Positions 40,813-51,013 of a stretch of 64,000 nucleotides of DNA are shown one piece after another. A model generated the notes under the pieces. That model saw only the letters and a list, made by a program, of their open reading frames with translations, was not told the DNA's origin and made no database searches. The DNA is from Flavobacteriales bacterium. Its GTDB lineage: Bacteria; Bacteroidota; Bacteroidia; CAIKAF01. The stretch is taken from NCBI GenBank assembly GCA_052437175.1, contig JBQVOK010000006.1, forward strand, positions 75,066-139,065. The letters run 5' to 3'. Numbering within the stretch: the stretch's first letter is position 1; the number at the start of each line of letters is the position of its first letter. A program made the translations under genes and the position numbers.

Positions 40813-42693
40813 ATGTGCGGAATAGCCGGACTTTTAGCATTTCATTCCGATGCCCGTAACTGGGAAGCTTCCCTGGACGCTGCATTGCAAAAATTATCAT
40901 ACAGAGGGCCCGATGCGTCGGGCTCTTTTTTTTCGGGGCCCTACGGCTGTGCACACCGCCGCCTGTCCATCATCGATACGGATGCTTCGGCCAATCAGCC
41001 GTTCCCGGACGAAAGCGGACGCTATGTGCTGGTGTTCAACGGCGAAATTTTTAATTATGCCGAACTGAAAGAAGAACTGCTTTCTCCCCTGGGCATTCGT
41101 TTCCGTACCCGCGGCGACACCGAAGTGCTGCTGTACCTGCTGATCCATTTTGGTCCATCGGTGCTGAACCGCCTGCGCGGCTTCTTTGCCTTTGCCTTTT
41201 ACGATACCGAACGCCACGAACTGCTGCTGGCCCGCGACCGTTTCGGACAAAAACCGCTCTGGTATACCCGGCAGCAGGAATTCCTGGCCTTTGCCAGTGA
41301 GTTCAAGGCGCTGAACTGCTTCCCGCTGAACAAAGAGGCCGATCCCGTTTCCTACGAGATGTTCTTTCGCCTTTCGTACCTGCCGGCACCGTACACGCCT
41401 TTTGCCAATATCCGGAAGCTGGAGCCGGGACATTACCTGCTGATGCGTCCGGGAAAAGAACTGTTTAAAAAAAGCTGGTATTCGCTCCATCTGCCCGAAA
41501 CAACTTCGGAAATGAGTTATACCGAAGCCCTGGACGCCGTGCGCCGTTCGGTCACTGAAAGCGTATCGTACCGCCTGCTGGCAGATGTGCCTACGGGCTC
41601 TTTCCTGAGCGGCGGGGTAGACTCTGCCGTGGTTTCGGCCGTAGCGGCCTCCCTGCGTCCCGGTTTTTCCTCCTTTTCGCTTTCATTCCCGGACATGCCC
41701 TATATGGACGAAAGTGCCTATGCCGCAGAAACGGCGGCCTTTATCGGTACCGATCACCACAGCATACCGGTAGCACAGGCACAGATGGAGAATGCCCTGG
41801 AAGAAGTACTCGATTATACCGACGATCTGTTTGCCGACAGCAGCGCCATTGCCGTGCACGTGCTCTGCAAGGAGGTGCGCCGACACCTGACCGTGGCCCT
41901 GAGCGGCGACGGCGGCGATGAAATATTCGGTGGCTACCGCAAACACAAGGCCCTGCTTATGGGGCGGAGACTGCGTATGTTGCGGCCCGGATTTTCGCTC
42001 CTGTCAGCCCTTTTGCCCGCAGCGGCCGGTGCACGTACTTCGGGTACGGCCGACCGTATACGAAAAGTGGTGAAATTCTCGCACATGGCCTCACAGGACC
42101 TGGCTGCACAATACGCCTATACGCTGGAATGGTTCCACAGCGATTTTACACGTAAACTGCTGCCCAGTTCGCATACCGAAGCGCTTACCGACGATCGTAT
42201 ACTGGACTACCTGTCGCCCGAAGGCAGCTATCTTTCCCGCATCCTGCTGGCCGATGTACACAGCGTGTTGCAGGGTGATATGCTTACCAAAGTGGACCTG
42301 TTTTCCATGCGCAACGGTATGGAAGTACGTAACCCGCTGCTGGACCACAGCCTGGTAGAACTGGCCTTTAGCCTGCCCGACGAATACAAGATCGGTGGCG
42401 GTATGCAAAAACGTATACTAAAAGATGCCTTCCGCGATATGCTGCCTCCCACACAGTTCAACCGGCCCAAGAAAGGCTTCGAGGTACCGCTGCAGCTATG
42501 GCTTACAGGCCGTTTCCATAAACAGATGAAAGAAGAATGGCTGAACCGCGAAACCATTGAACGGCAGGGTATACTCGACTATGCGTATGTACAAAAGCTG
42601 ATCGCCGAACTGGAAACGGGACGCTCCGCCGATGCACATTTTGCACTCTGGAATGCCATCGTATTCACAAAATGGTTTACTTTGTACGCCTAA
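40813..42693 (+). CDS. asnB: asparagine synthase (glutamine-hydrolysing)
   Basis: N-terminal 'MCGIAG' Ntn-amidotransferase start; 'SGGVDSA' PP-loop. Confidence 0.88.
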   Translation: MCGIAGLLAFHSDARNWEASLDAALQKLSYRGPDASGSFFSGPYGCAHRRLSIIDTDASANQPFPDESGRYVLVFNGEIFNYAELKEELLSPLGIRFRTRGDTEVLLYLLIHFGPSVLNRLRGFFAFAFYDTERHELLLARDRFGQKPLWYTRQQEFLAFASEFKALNCFPLNKEADPVSYEMFFRLSYLPAPYTPFANIRKLEPGHYLLMRPGKELFKKSWYSLHLPETTSEMSYTEALDAVRRSVTESVSYRLLADVPTGSFLSGGVDSAVVSAVAASLRPGFSSFSLSFPDMPYMDESAYAAETAAFIGTDHHSIPVAQAQMENALEEVLDYTDDLFADSSAIAVHVLCKEVRRHLTVALSGDGGDEIFGGYRKHKALLMGRRLRMLRPGFSLLSALLPAAAGARTSGTADRIRKVVKFSHMASQDLAAQYAYTLEWFHSDFTRKLLPSSHTEALTDDRILDYLSPEGSYLSRILLADVHSVLQGDMLTKVDLFSMRNGMEVRNPLLDHSLVELAFSLPDEYKIGGGMQKRILKDAFRDMLPPTQFNRPKKGFEVPLQLWLTGRFHKQMKEEWLNRETIERQGILDYAYVQKLIAELETGRSADAHFALWNAIVFTKWFTLYA

Positions 42694-42706
42694 TACACCA
42701 TGCCAG

Positions 42707-43942
42707 ATGAACACGAAACCGAGGGTTTTGCGTATATTAAACCGTTTTAATGTAGGCGGACCGGTATACAACGTTACCTACCTGAGCCGCTACATGGAAC
42801 CGGAGTTCGAAACCCTGCTGGCAGGCGGAAATGCCGGTGAAAATGAAGAAAGCAGCCTGTACATCCTGGAACAGAACGGCATAAAACCCGTGCTGCTCGA
42901 TGAAATGCATCGCTCGGTGAGCGCCCTGGGCGATGTACGCTCGTATCGGCGCATCCGGGAGCTGATCCGGGAATTTCGTCCGCACATTGTGCATACACAC
43001 GCGTCCAAAGCCGGTGCCGTAGGCCGTATGGCGGCTTTCCACGAAAAAGTACCGGTAGTGGTACACACCTTTCACGGGCATGTTTTTCATTCCTATTTTG
43101 GTAAAACGCGTACTACGGTCTTTAAGCAGATCGAACGTTACCTGGCGCGCCGTTCCGACCGCATTGTGGCCATCAGCGACAAGCTGAAGCACGAACTGGT
43201 GCAGGAACACGGCATCACCACGGCCGAAAAGGTAAGCGTAGTGCCCCTGGGCTTTGACCTGGAACCTTTTACCCGCGACCACGAAGCCCGGCGCAAAGCT
43301 TTCCGGCAGACCTGGAATATTGCGGAGGATACCCTGCTGGTGGGCCTTGTAGGCCGTATGGTGCCGGTAAAGAACCACCGCCTGCTTATCGAAGCTGCCG
43401 CCGCCCTGAAAAACAAAACGGGCCGCAACGTACAATACCTGCTGGTAGGCGATGGAGAGAGCCGCAATGCTATTATTTCGGATATTCAACAATCCGGACT
43501 TTCGTATACATATAAAGAACCTGCCGTTACGGGCACGGATTTTGTACTGACCTCCTGGCAGCAGAATACGCCCGATATTTATGCGGCGCTGGATATAACG
43601 GTGCTCTGTTCCTTTAATGAAGGTACGCCCGTATCGCTCATCGAGGCACAGGCCGCGGGAATACCTGTACTGAGCACCCGGGTGGGCGGCATCGAGAACG
43701 TAGTGCGGGAGGACAGGAGCGCCCTGCTCACGTCTACCGACAGCACAGCCTTTACACAGGCCCTGCACAGAATGCTGGAAGATGAAGACCTGCGCAGCCG
43801 CATGGCCGGTGCCGGACGCGATTTTGCCATGCAGCATTTTCATTACACCCGGCTGGTGGACGATATGCGGCAGCTGTATTATGAACTGTTACGGAAGAAG
43901 GGACTGGAATTCCCTGTTCCGGGTAACGAAATTTATCGTTAA
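42707..43942 (+). CDS. glycosyltransferase family 4
   Basis: GT4 fold, 'EGTPVSLIEAQAAGIPVLSTRVGG' (EX7E region). Start chosen at 'MNTKPRVLRI' just after the asnB stop. Confidence 0.8.
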   Translation: MNTKPRVLRILNRFNVGGPVYNVTYLSRYMEPEFETLLAGGNAGENEESSLYILEQNGIKPVLLDEMHRSVSALGDVRSYRRIRELIREFRPHIVHTHASKAGAVGRMAAFHEKVPVVVHTFHGHVFHSYFGKTRTTVFKQIERYLARRSDRIVAISDKLKHELVQEHGITTAEKVSVVPLGFDLEPFTRDHEARRKAFRQTWNIAEDTLLVGLVGRMVPVKNHRLLIEAAAALKNKTGRNVQYLLVGDGESRNAIISDIQQSGLSYTYKEPAVTGTDFVLTSWQQNTPDIYAALDITVLCSFNEGTPVSLIEAQAAGIPVLSTRVGGIENVVREDRSALLTSTDSTAFTQALHRMLEDEDLRSRMAGAGRDFAMQHFHYTRLVDDMRQLYYELLRKKGLEFPVPGNEIYR

Positions 43943-43955
43943 TTTGTAGAGATAA

Positions 43956-44729
43956 ATGATGCGCAGACTATATATTCCCTTATTGATCCTGGTGTTGGGC
44001 ACGCTCAGCAGCTGTAAGACCTTTTATCCGTCAGTGATGCTGAAAACGCCACGGGACTACGAATTTCCGCCTGTTCCGGCCAAAGTGGATTCGCAGTACA
44101 CCGTGGGTATTAACGACGAACTTTCCCTGGAACTCTATGCCAACGATGGTATCCGCATGATCGATGTGATCAATTCCGGCGAAAAGAGCCGGCAGGGCAG
44201 CAACGAAGAAACACTTACCTATCTCGTGGAGTACGACGGTACCGTGAAGTTTCCGGTGATCGGCCGTATACACCTGGCCGGACTTACCATGCGTGCGGCA
44301 GAAGATACCATTCAAAAACGCTTTGCCAGGGTATATACCGATCCTTTTGCACGGCTTAAAGTACTTAACAAACAGGTGATCGTATTCCCGGGAAGCGGGG
44401 GGGCTGCCCGTGTGGTGCGGCTTACCGAGCCCAATACCACGCTCATCGAAGCCCTGGCCGAGGCCGGTGGAATTACCAAAGACGGTAAGGCATACCGGGT
44501 AAAACTGGTGCGCGGCAGCTACGATAACCCCCAGGTATACCTCATTAACCTGCGTACCCTGCAGGGCCTCAAAGACGGGGACCTGGTACTGCAGCCCAAT
44601 GATCTTATTTACGTAGAGCACCGTCCCTCAAGCCGTGAGGCCATGACCGAAGTGATGCCCTGGCTGGCCAGCTTTACTTCGTTGCTTGGGCTCGGACTTA
44701 CCATATACACCCTTACTAAAATCAAATAA
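43956..44729 (+). CDS. polysaccharide export outer-membrane protein (Wza-like, SLBB domain)
   Basis: Lipoprotein signal 'LGTLSSCK'; Poly_export and SLBB motifs ('YTVGINDELSLELY', 'GEIRVPG'-like 'VKFPVIGRIHLAGLT'). Confidence 0.8.
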   Translation: MMRRLYIPLLILVLGTLSSCKTFYPSVMLKTPRDYEFPPVPAKVDSQYTVGINDELSLELYANDGIRMIDVINSGEKSRQGSNEETLTYLVEYDGTVKFPVIGRIHLAGLTMRAAEDTIQKRFARVYTDPFARLKVLNKQVIVFPGSGGAARVVRLTEPNTTLIEALAEAGGITKDGKAYRVKLVRGSYDNPQVYLINLRTLQGLKDGDLVLQPNDLIYVEHRPSSREAMTEVMPWLASFTSLLGLGLTIYTLTKIK

Positions 44730-44732
44730 GGC

Positions 44733-47174
44733 TTGAAAAAGAAACCGATACCCCAGATCAACCAGGATTTCGATCCCAAACTGGTAATGTTCGTTTTACG
44801 TAACAACCTGTTGTGGGTATTCCTGGCATTCGTGGTATGCGCTATGCTGGCCTTTCTTGTTCTGCGCTACACCAACCCGATCTACACCAGTCGCAGCGAG
44901 ATACAGCTCACCAACGACGAATCGGCCAGCTCCATTTTCAAAGAAGAAATGATCGCCTATCCCAGCGAGAACCTGGCCAAAGAGATAGAACTTCTGCGTT
45001 CACCGGTGTTCCTGAGCCGCGTAGTGCGCAAACTTCCGCTGGACGTAAGCTATTACAACGACGGACGTTTCCTGGACCATGAGGCCTACGGTTCGAACCT
45101 TTTTCATGTAGATTATCACATCCGCGATAATTCGGCATACGGCGTAAAATATAAGATACAAATGACCGGTACCGGCAGTTTCGATATCGAGAACGACGTT
45201 ACCCGGGAAAAGCGGAGCAGCCGTTTCGGCGATACCATTTCCTTTACTGCCGCCGACCTGGTACTGAGTCCGCAGGGCGCTTCCATTCCCGATGACCACG
45301 GCGAATATTACTTCGTGATCAATGACAGCAATGCACTGGTGCGGAATATCCTGTCCAAACTGAGCGTGACCATCCTCAACCAGGCTGCCAAAACCATCGA
45401 GATCTCCTATTCAGACAATAATAAATACAAGTGCAGTGATATCGTAAATGTGATCGCCAAAGAGTTTGAGACCTTCAACATGGAAAGAAAGCAGGACGGT
45501 GCCAACAAGATTATTTCGTATATAGATGATGCTCTTGTGCTGGTTACCGATAAGCTGACGGCCACCGATAAGGAACTGAGCGAAAATTTTGACGATACGG
45601 AGATCAATCCTTTCTTTGCCGAAAAGAAAACAGACATCGAATCCCGTAAAATTGCCCGTTACCAGGACGAGACCCTGCGCCTGGAGAGTGACCTGGAAGC
45701 CCTGAACGAACTGAATGGCCGCACCATCAAAAACCGCGACGACCTGATCGAGATACAGGCCATTATTGCCGGTACCTCGCTCGAAAAATACCTGTCGGCC
45801 TACCTGGCCTCCATACAAACGTCCTTCACCCGTCGCGAAGAACTGCGTTACAGTGCACCGGAAGGCAGTCCCCTGCTCAGTGGGATCAATTATACCATCG
45901 ATAACCAGGTAAAGGCCTTTGAGAACAGCCTGGAATCTGTGCGTCGCCTTACCCGCAGGCGCTACGCCGAACTGGATAGTATTACCAAAAAATCCAAGGA
46001 AACTATTCCCTGGTTCAAAGATACCGACGATACAACGAATATCGACCTGTCTAAGCTGAAACGCCTGCGTTCCGTGAACGAAAAGTATTTTAACCAGCTG
46101 GTGGAAAAACGTGCCGAAATGGTGTTCCTGCGCGAAGGTACCACGCCCGAATACCAGGTGCTGGCCTTCGGACAGATCCCTTCGGACCCCAAGTTCCCGA
46201 ACAAGCGCAACATTATTCTGCTGGCCCTGGGTATCTGGGTCGCCTTTTCGCTCGGACTGCTCACCCTGAGGTATATTTTCCAGGACGAGATCCTTTCCCC
46301 GGACGAGATCAGCAAGTATACCGAAGCCCATATACTGGGCGTGGTGCACAAATACAACGAAAGTATCCCGGTATCGCAGCTGGTGGTGAACAAGAATCCC
46401 AAGGGGCTCATCGCCGAGGCTTTCCGCTCTATACGCACCAATATGGCCTTCCTGGACAGTGACAAAGGCAAGAAGATCATCTCCATCACCTCTACCATAT
46501 CCGGCGAAGGAAAAACCTTTGTGGCCATTAACCTTTCGGGCATCATTGCCTATTCTAATGCCAAAGTGATCGTGATCGACTGCGATATGCGCAAACCCAA
46601 GATCCACGTGGGCTTTGAGGCACAGAACAGCAAGGGGATGAGTACACTGCTCACTAACCAGAATACACTGGAAGAGTGCATACAGCATAGTAAAATGGCC
46701 AACCTGGACTTTATTACAGCCGGTCCGCCGCCACCTAACCCTGCCGAACTGCTTATTTCGCCGGCGATGGACGAACTGATACAAGAGCTTACGAGCCGGT
46801 ACGATTACGTGGTGATCGATAACCCGCCGGCCGGTATCGTTTCCGACTCCATCGTAAACATGAAACGCGCGCATTATCCCATTTATATTGTGCGCAGCGG
46901 CTATTCACGCAAATTCTTTATCAACAATATAAACCGTCTCATCAGCGATAACGAGATCAGTAAACTGTCGGTGATCGTGAACGGGGTAGACTTCAGTAAC
47001 CGGGCCAGCTACGGCATGTCCAACTCATCGTACGGCTATGGCGTATATACCTACGGTTACGGAACGGGCTACAATTCCGAACACGGATTCGGATATTATA
47101 TGGACGAAAACTCCCTCAGCAGCTATAAAGATCCTATACTGAGGCGCATTTTTGGCAGAAAGAAAAAGAAATGA
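44733..47174 (+). CDS. polysaccharide biosynthesis tyrosine autokinase (Wzc-like; Wzz domain + BY-kinase)
   Basis: N-terminal TM, long periplasmic coiled-coil, second TM, and a cytoplasmic P-loop domain 'ISITSTISGEGKTFVAINLS' with a Tyr-rich C-terminus ('SYGYGVYTYGYGTGYNS'). Confidence 0.88.
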   Translation: MKKKPIPQINQDFDPKLVMFVLRNNLLWVFLAFVVCAMLAFLVLRYTNPIYTSRSEIQLTNDESASSIFKEEMIAYPSENLAKEIELLRSPVFLSRVVRKLPLDVSYYNDGRFLDHEAYGSNLFHVDYHIRDNSAYGVKYKIQMTGTGSFDIENDVTREKRSSRFGDTISFTAADLVLSPQGASIPDDHGEYYFVINDSNALVRNILSKLSVTILNQAAKTIEISYSDNNKYKCSDIVNVIAKEFETFNMERKQDGANKIISYIDDALVLVTDKLTATDKELSENFDDTEINPFFAEKKTDIESRKIARYQDETLRLESDLEALNELNGRTIKNRDDLIEIQAIIAGTSLEKYLSAYLASIQTSFTRREELRYSAPEGSPLLSGINYTIDNQVKAFENSLESVRRLTRRRYAELDSITKKSKETIPWFKDTDDTTNIDLSKLKRLRSVNEKYFNQLVEKRAEMVFLREGTTPEYQVLAFGQIPSDPKFPNKRNIILLALGIWVAFSLGLLTLRYIFQDEILSPDEISKYTEAHILGVVHKYNESIPVSQLVVNKNPKGLIAEAFRSIRTNMAFLDSDKGKKIISITSTISGEGKTFVAINLSGIIAYSNAKVIVIDCDMRKPKIHVGFEAQNSKGMSTLLTNQNTLEECIQHSKMANLDFITAGPPPPNPAELLISPAMDELIQELTSRYDYVVIDNPPAGIVSDSIVNMKRAHYPIYIVRSGYSRKFFINNINRLISDNEISKLSVIVNGVDFSNRASYGMSNSSYGYGVYTYGYGTGYNSEHGFGYYMDENSLSSYKDPILRRIFGRKKKK

Positions 47175-47713
47175 AAGTAATACATACGGATATTAAAGAC
47201 CTGCTGCTGTTTGAACCACGGATATTTGAAGATGAGCGTGGTTCTTTTTTCGAAAGTTTTCACCAGGAACAGTTCGAAGCAGCTGCGGGACAGCACATTT
47301 TTGTACAGGACAACCAGAGTGTTTCGCGGGCCGGTGTGATACGCGGACTGCATTACCAGGAGCCGCCGCATGCCCAGGGAAAACTGGTACGCGTGGTAAA
47401 AGGTGCCGTGCTCGACGTAGCGGTTGATATACGTAAAAATTCACCCACTTTCGGGCAACACATTGCCGTAGAACTTAGTGAGCACAACCGCCTGCAGTTT
47501 TGGATACCACCCGGGTTTGCCCACGGTTTTGCCGTGCTGGAAGAAGGCACGGTTTTTGCATACAAGTGTACGGCCTTCTACAACAAGGATTCGGACCGTG
47601 TGCTTTTATGGAATGATTCTGAATTGAAGATAGACTGGAAAATTAATAAGCCCCTGCTGTCCGAAAAAGACAAATCGGGCGTACCTTTTCACCGGATTCA
47701 ATCTGCTTTCTGA
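47171..47713 (+). CDS. rfbC: dTDP-4-dehydrorhamnose 3,5-epimerase
   Basis: 'DERGSFFE...GLHYQ...KLVRVVKGAVLDVAVDIR' cupin motifs. ATGA overlap with the wzc stop. Confidence 0.9.
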   Translation: MKVIHTDIKDLLLFEPRIFEDERGSFFESFHQEQFEAAAGQHIFVQDNQSVSRAGVIRGLHYQEPPHAQGKLVRVVKGAVLDVAVDIRKNSPTFGQHIAVELSEHNRLQFWIPPGFAHGFAVLEEGTVFAYKCTAFYNKDSDRVLLWNDSELKIDWKINKPLLSEKDKSGVPFHRIQSAF

Positions 47714-48822
47714 TGCTGCAAGACTACCTGTATTCAGTAAAACCATTGCCCTTAGTGTTCTTTTCGGGCTGTCTCCTGCTGGTGCTGACGCTCTTTTTTA
47801 CCGTCCTGCTCAATAAGATACTCCTGAAATTTGCCACCAACCTGGGCGTGCGTGATAAAGACCAGATACAGGTACGCTGGAGCCCGGCTTCCAAACCCTC
47901 GCTGGGCGGAGTGGCCTTTTTTGTTTTTTTCCTGTTCTCCCTGCTTATTTACCTCAGCCTTTTTTACAGCCTCAGCTTTGTTCGTATCGAATATCTCTGC
48001 TTTGTACTGGTGTGCAGCATAGCCTTCCTGATGGGTCTGGCCGATGATGCCTACAATACCCGGCCCTGGCTTAAATTTGCCGTGCAGTTCTTCTGTGCTG
48101 GCATCTTCATTATTTCGGGCAATTACATCAAAACATTCCCCTGGGAATGGCTGAACTATACGGTAACCATTATCTGGGTGACCGGCCTCATGAACTCCAT
48201 AAATATGCTCGATAATATGGACGGTATCACTACTTCGGTATCCTGGGGCATCCTGTTCACCGTTATCGGGCTCAATGTGTTCACTACCAATCCGTCCTGG
48301 TTCTACCTGTTTATGTCGCTGGGCGTTATCGGTTCGCTTTCGGGCTTTTTCTACCACAACTGGTACCCCAGTAAAATGTTCATGGGTGATTCGGGCAGCC
48401 AGTTCCTGGGCGTATTCCTGGCCTGGCTGGGTGTTAAGTTCTTCTGGAACGGCACCGACTATTTCGGCGTACCCGTGCAGGCCAAACAGATCCTGATGGC
48501 CGGCATGCTTTTTATCGGCCCCATTGCCGATACCACTACCGTAACCATTAACCGCATTATGCGCGGCATGTCGCCCTTTACGGGAGGCAAGGACCATACC
48601 ACCCATGCCCTGGTTTACAACGGATGGGCACAGCGTCATGTGGCTTTCTTCTATCTTTTTATTACCTTGCTTTCCGGTACACTGGTCTTTACGGGCATAC
48701 ACCTGAACGCGGCCTGGAATCACTGGTATACCGCCGCCGGCTCGGTATACATACTGGCCGTGATGGTTTCGCTTTTTTTAACGACCAAAACCCGGGCCTT
48801 CAGGAATAATTTCAGGGCCTGA
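47713..48822 (+). CDS. MraY/WecA-family polyprenyl-phosphate N-acetylhexosamine-1-phosphate transferase
   Basis: Multi-TM protein with 'NSINMLDNMDG' and 'MGDSGSQFLG' motifs of glycosyltransferase family 4 (MraY-like). TGATG overlap with rfbC. Confidence 0.85.
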   Translation: MLQDYLYSVKPLPLVFFSGCLLLVLTLFFTVLLNKILLKFATNLGVRDKDQIQVRWSPASKPSLGGVAFFVFFLFSLLIYLSLFYSLSFVRIEYLCFVLVCSIAFLMGLADDAYNTRPWLKFAVQFFCAGIFIISGNYIKTFPWEWLNYTVTIIWVTGLMNSINMLDNMDGITTSVSWGILFTVIGLNVFTTNPSWFYLFMSLGVIGSLSGFFYHNWYPSKMFMGDSGSQFLGVFLAWLGVKFFWNGTDYFGVPVQAKQILMAGMLFIGPIADTTTVTINRIMRGMSPFTGGKDHTTHALVYNGWAQRHVAFFYLFITLLSGTLVFTGIHLNAAWNHWYTAAGSVYILAVMVSLFLTTKTRAFRNNFRA

Positions 48823-48831
48823 GCGTTCTGA

Positions 48832-49830
48832 ATGATTAGTATGAATACACAACTCATAAAAAATGTACTGGCCGGCACCGGTCTGCTGAGCATCGGCGCG
48901 GCTGCCGCTGTTTTTTTTATCTCCTCAACCGATAAAACAAAAGCCGTAACACCGCAGGAAAAGCCGGCCCTGATGTCGGTTACGCCGTATATGCATGCGC
49001 CCCAGTGGTACAGCCATGACCTGAACCTGGCCGGGGAGGCCGTGCCCCTGAACGATTTTGAAGTAATGGAGCGGGTAGACCGCGAAGTGGTGAGCAATGT
49101 GTTCCGCGCGGGGCCCACGCTTATGATCTTTAAACGGGCGGCCCGCTGGTTCCCGGTGATCGAACCCATCCTGAAGGAAAACAATGTACCCGACGATTTT
49201 AAATACCTCTGCATCATCGAAAGTGAACTGGCCAATGTGGTAAGTCCGGCCGGAGCTTCGGGATTCTGGCAGTTCATGAAGGCCACGGCGCCCGCCTACG
49301 GACTGGAAGTGAACGAGGAGGTAGACGAGCGCTATCACGTAGAAAGATCGACCCGGGCCGCCTGTAAGTACCTGAACGAAGCCTACCGTAAATTCGGCAG
49401 CTGGACCCTGGCCGCCGCCTCTTACAACATGGGCATGGGCGGGGTAAATGCCAAACTGACCGAACAGCAGCAGCAGAATTATTACGATCTGTACCTGAAC
49501 TCGGAAACACATCGCTATGTGGCGCGTATCCTGGCTTTTAAGATCATTTTTTCGAACCCCGAAAAATTCGGTTTTAACGTACGTAATGCCGACCTGTACC
49601 CGCAGGTGACGCTGCGCGAAGTAGAAGTGAACGGCCCGGTGCCCAGTTGGGTAGATTTTGCCAAAAGCAACGGCGTAAGCTATAAAATTCTGAAGGAGCT
49701 CAATCCCTGGCTGCGTAAGGCTTCGCTGACCAACAGCAAGCGTAAGGCCTACAAAATAAAATTACCGGCCGAAAGCAGTTTCGAGTACCAGAATGCGGTT
49801 AAGAATATCCGTATGCCCTATGCGCATTAA
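48832..49830 (+). CDS. lytic transglycosylase domain protein (SLT / MltD-like)
   Basis: N-terminal TM/signal; SLT catalytic region 'IIESELANVVSPAGASGFWQFMKATA...YNMG'. Confidence 0.75.
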   Translation: MISMNTQLIKNVLAGTGLLSIGAAAAVFFISSTDKTKAVTPQEKPALMSVTPYMHAPQWYSHDLNLAGEAVPLNDFEVMERVDREVVSNVFRAGPTLMIFKRAARWFPVIEPILKENNVPDDFKYLCIIESELANVVSPAGASGFWQFMKATAPAYGLEVNEEVDERYHVERSTRAACKYLNEAYRKFGSWTLAAASYNMGMGGVNAKLTEQQQQNYYDLYLNSETHRYVARILAFKIIFSNPEKFGFNVRNADLYPQVTLREVEVNGPVPSWVDFAKSNGVSYKILKELNPWLRKASLTNSKRKAYKIKLPAESSFEYQNAVKNIRMPYAH

Positions 49831-49835
49831 GGCGT

Positions 49836-49997
49836 TCAGCCTTTGATGATGCGTATCAGCACAATGGTAAAGGCAATAAGGAACATCAGTATCGAAATAC
49901 GGTTAATGCCATGCATGAAACGGGTGTTCATATTGGCATCACTCTTCCGGAACAGGGTTACGGGATTCAGATAATGCAGCAGTTTCCTGAAAAACAT
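49836..49997 (-). CDS. possible small membrane protein (53 aa) downstream of the tryptophan dioxygenase gene
   Basis: The ORF (below the track's length cutoff, so absent from it) encodes MFFRKLLHYLNPVTLFRKSDANMNTRFMHGINRISILMFLIAFTIVLIRIIKG, with a clear C-terminal TM helix. It is co-oriented with, and 39 nt downstream of, the TDO gene. I have no homology evidence for it. Confidence 0.3.
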   Translation of the reverse strand: MFFRKLLHYLNPVTLFRKSDANMNTRFMHGINRISILMFLIAFTIVLIRIIKG

Positions 49998-50035
49998 AGT
50001 ACAAAGATACGTAAAAAACGGTTTCAGCGGCTTTT

Positions 50036-50980
50036 TCAGGCGGGAGAGCCCGGTTCTTTACCCCAGTTGTCCAGCGTTTCGTCCGGCCACAGGGTAGGGA
50101 AGAAGATACGGCGCTGAAAACGCGGCGGCAGGTATTTTTGCCAGTTGGTACCCCCGGTGGCGGCAATATCTTCAGGATCTTTTTTCAGGTAACGCGCGGC
50201 CGATTTCATGTGTACCATGGGCCAGCGTACGTTCACGTTCAGGTCAAATTCCTTCAGTTCGTTCACAAGTGCTTCATGGGCACGGTCGGCCTCGTTCAGC
50301 TGCTGGTAGCGGCGCCAGATATTACTTGTTTTCAGGCTGTCGGCCAGGTCAATAAAGGTCTCACGGTATTTGTGCTCGAACATGAGCAGGGTAAGTGTTT
50401 TTTTACCCGTGGCCAGTTCTGTGGCTCCGTGTTTCCAGTAGATGTGCGAAAAGAGTGTGGCGGTATCGGCATTCTGTGCCCGCAGTTCTTCACGTACGTT
50501 TTTATCGGTAAGTTCAATGAGGTCGGTAGCGTAAAACTCGATCATGCGGTACTGGGCGCTCTGGAAACCGCTGGCAGGCAGCAGGGCCATGCGGAATTTC
50601 AGGAACTGTTCCTGCTCCATACCCTGGATCATGATCTCGAACGACTTGGTGAGCGCTTCAAAATAGCGGTTCACGCGCGACATTTTCATGGTAAATTTAT
50701 CCACGGGAAGCAGTTCGTTGCTGATCTGTTTCAGCTCGTGCAGCGAAAGTTTGAAATAGAGTTCGGTGATCTGGTGATAGATAATGAAGATCAGCTCATC
50801 GGGGATCGGGGTTTTAGGCCGCTGCAGCGAAAGCAGGGTATCGGTTTCGATGTAGTCCCAGTAGGTGGTCACATCGGAGTACAGCAGTCCGTCCAGGTAG
50901 GAGAGCAGGTCCTGGCCCATGGCGTCGTACTTCTGGTGCAGTAATTCCAGTTTTTCCTTAATTTCCGGGGTAATTTCCAT
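50036..50980 (-). CDS. tryptophan 2,3-dioxygenase family protein
   Basis: Helical ~310-aa protein with TDO-like motifs ('YWDYIETDTLLSLQ', 'SGFQSAQYRMIEF'). Confidence 0.7.
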   Translation of the reverse strand: MEITPEIKEKLELLHQKYDAMGQDLLSYLDGLLYSDVTTYWDYIETDTLLSLQRPKTPIPDELIFIIYHQITELYFKLSLHELKQISNELLPVDKFTMKMSRVNRYFEALTKSFEIMIQGMEQEQFLKFRMALLPASGFQSAQYRMIEFYATDLIELTDKNVREELRAQNADTATLFSHIYWKHGATELATGKKTLTLLMFEHKYRETFIDLADSLKTSNIWRRYQQLNEADRAHEALVNELKEFDLNVNVRWPMVHMKSAARYLKKDPEDIAATGGTNWQKYLPPRFQRRIFFPTLWPDETLDNWGKEPGSPA

Positions 50981-51013
50981 TATCTGAAAGCTTTTAGTTT
51001 ATTACTGGCTTTT

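Noticed and set aside
47690-47702. tRNA-like 'ggattcaatc' T-loop-like string
   Set aside because: It has no flanking acceptor or anticodon stem structure and lies inside the rfbC coding sequence. I found no credible tRNA or rRNA signatures anywhere in the window.
39852-48723. Several 300-490-aa antisense ORFs (39852-40805, 42737-43843, 45411-46874, 47752-48723) opposite lpdA, GT4, wzc and the WecA-like gene
   Set aside because: All oppose genes with diagnostic motifs, and their products are His/Gly/Arg/Val-rich nonsense. Shadow ORFs.
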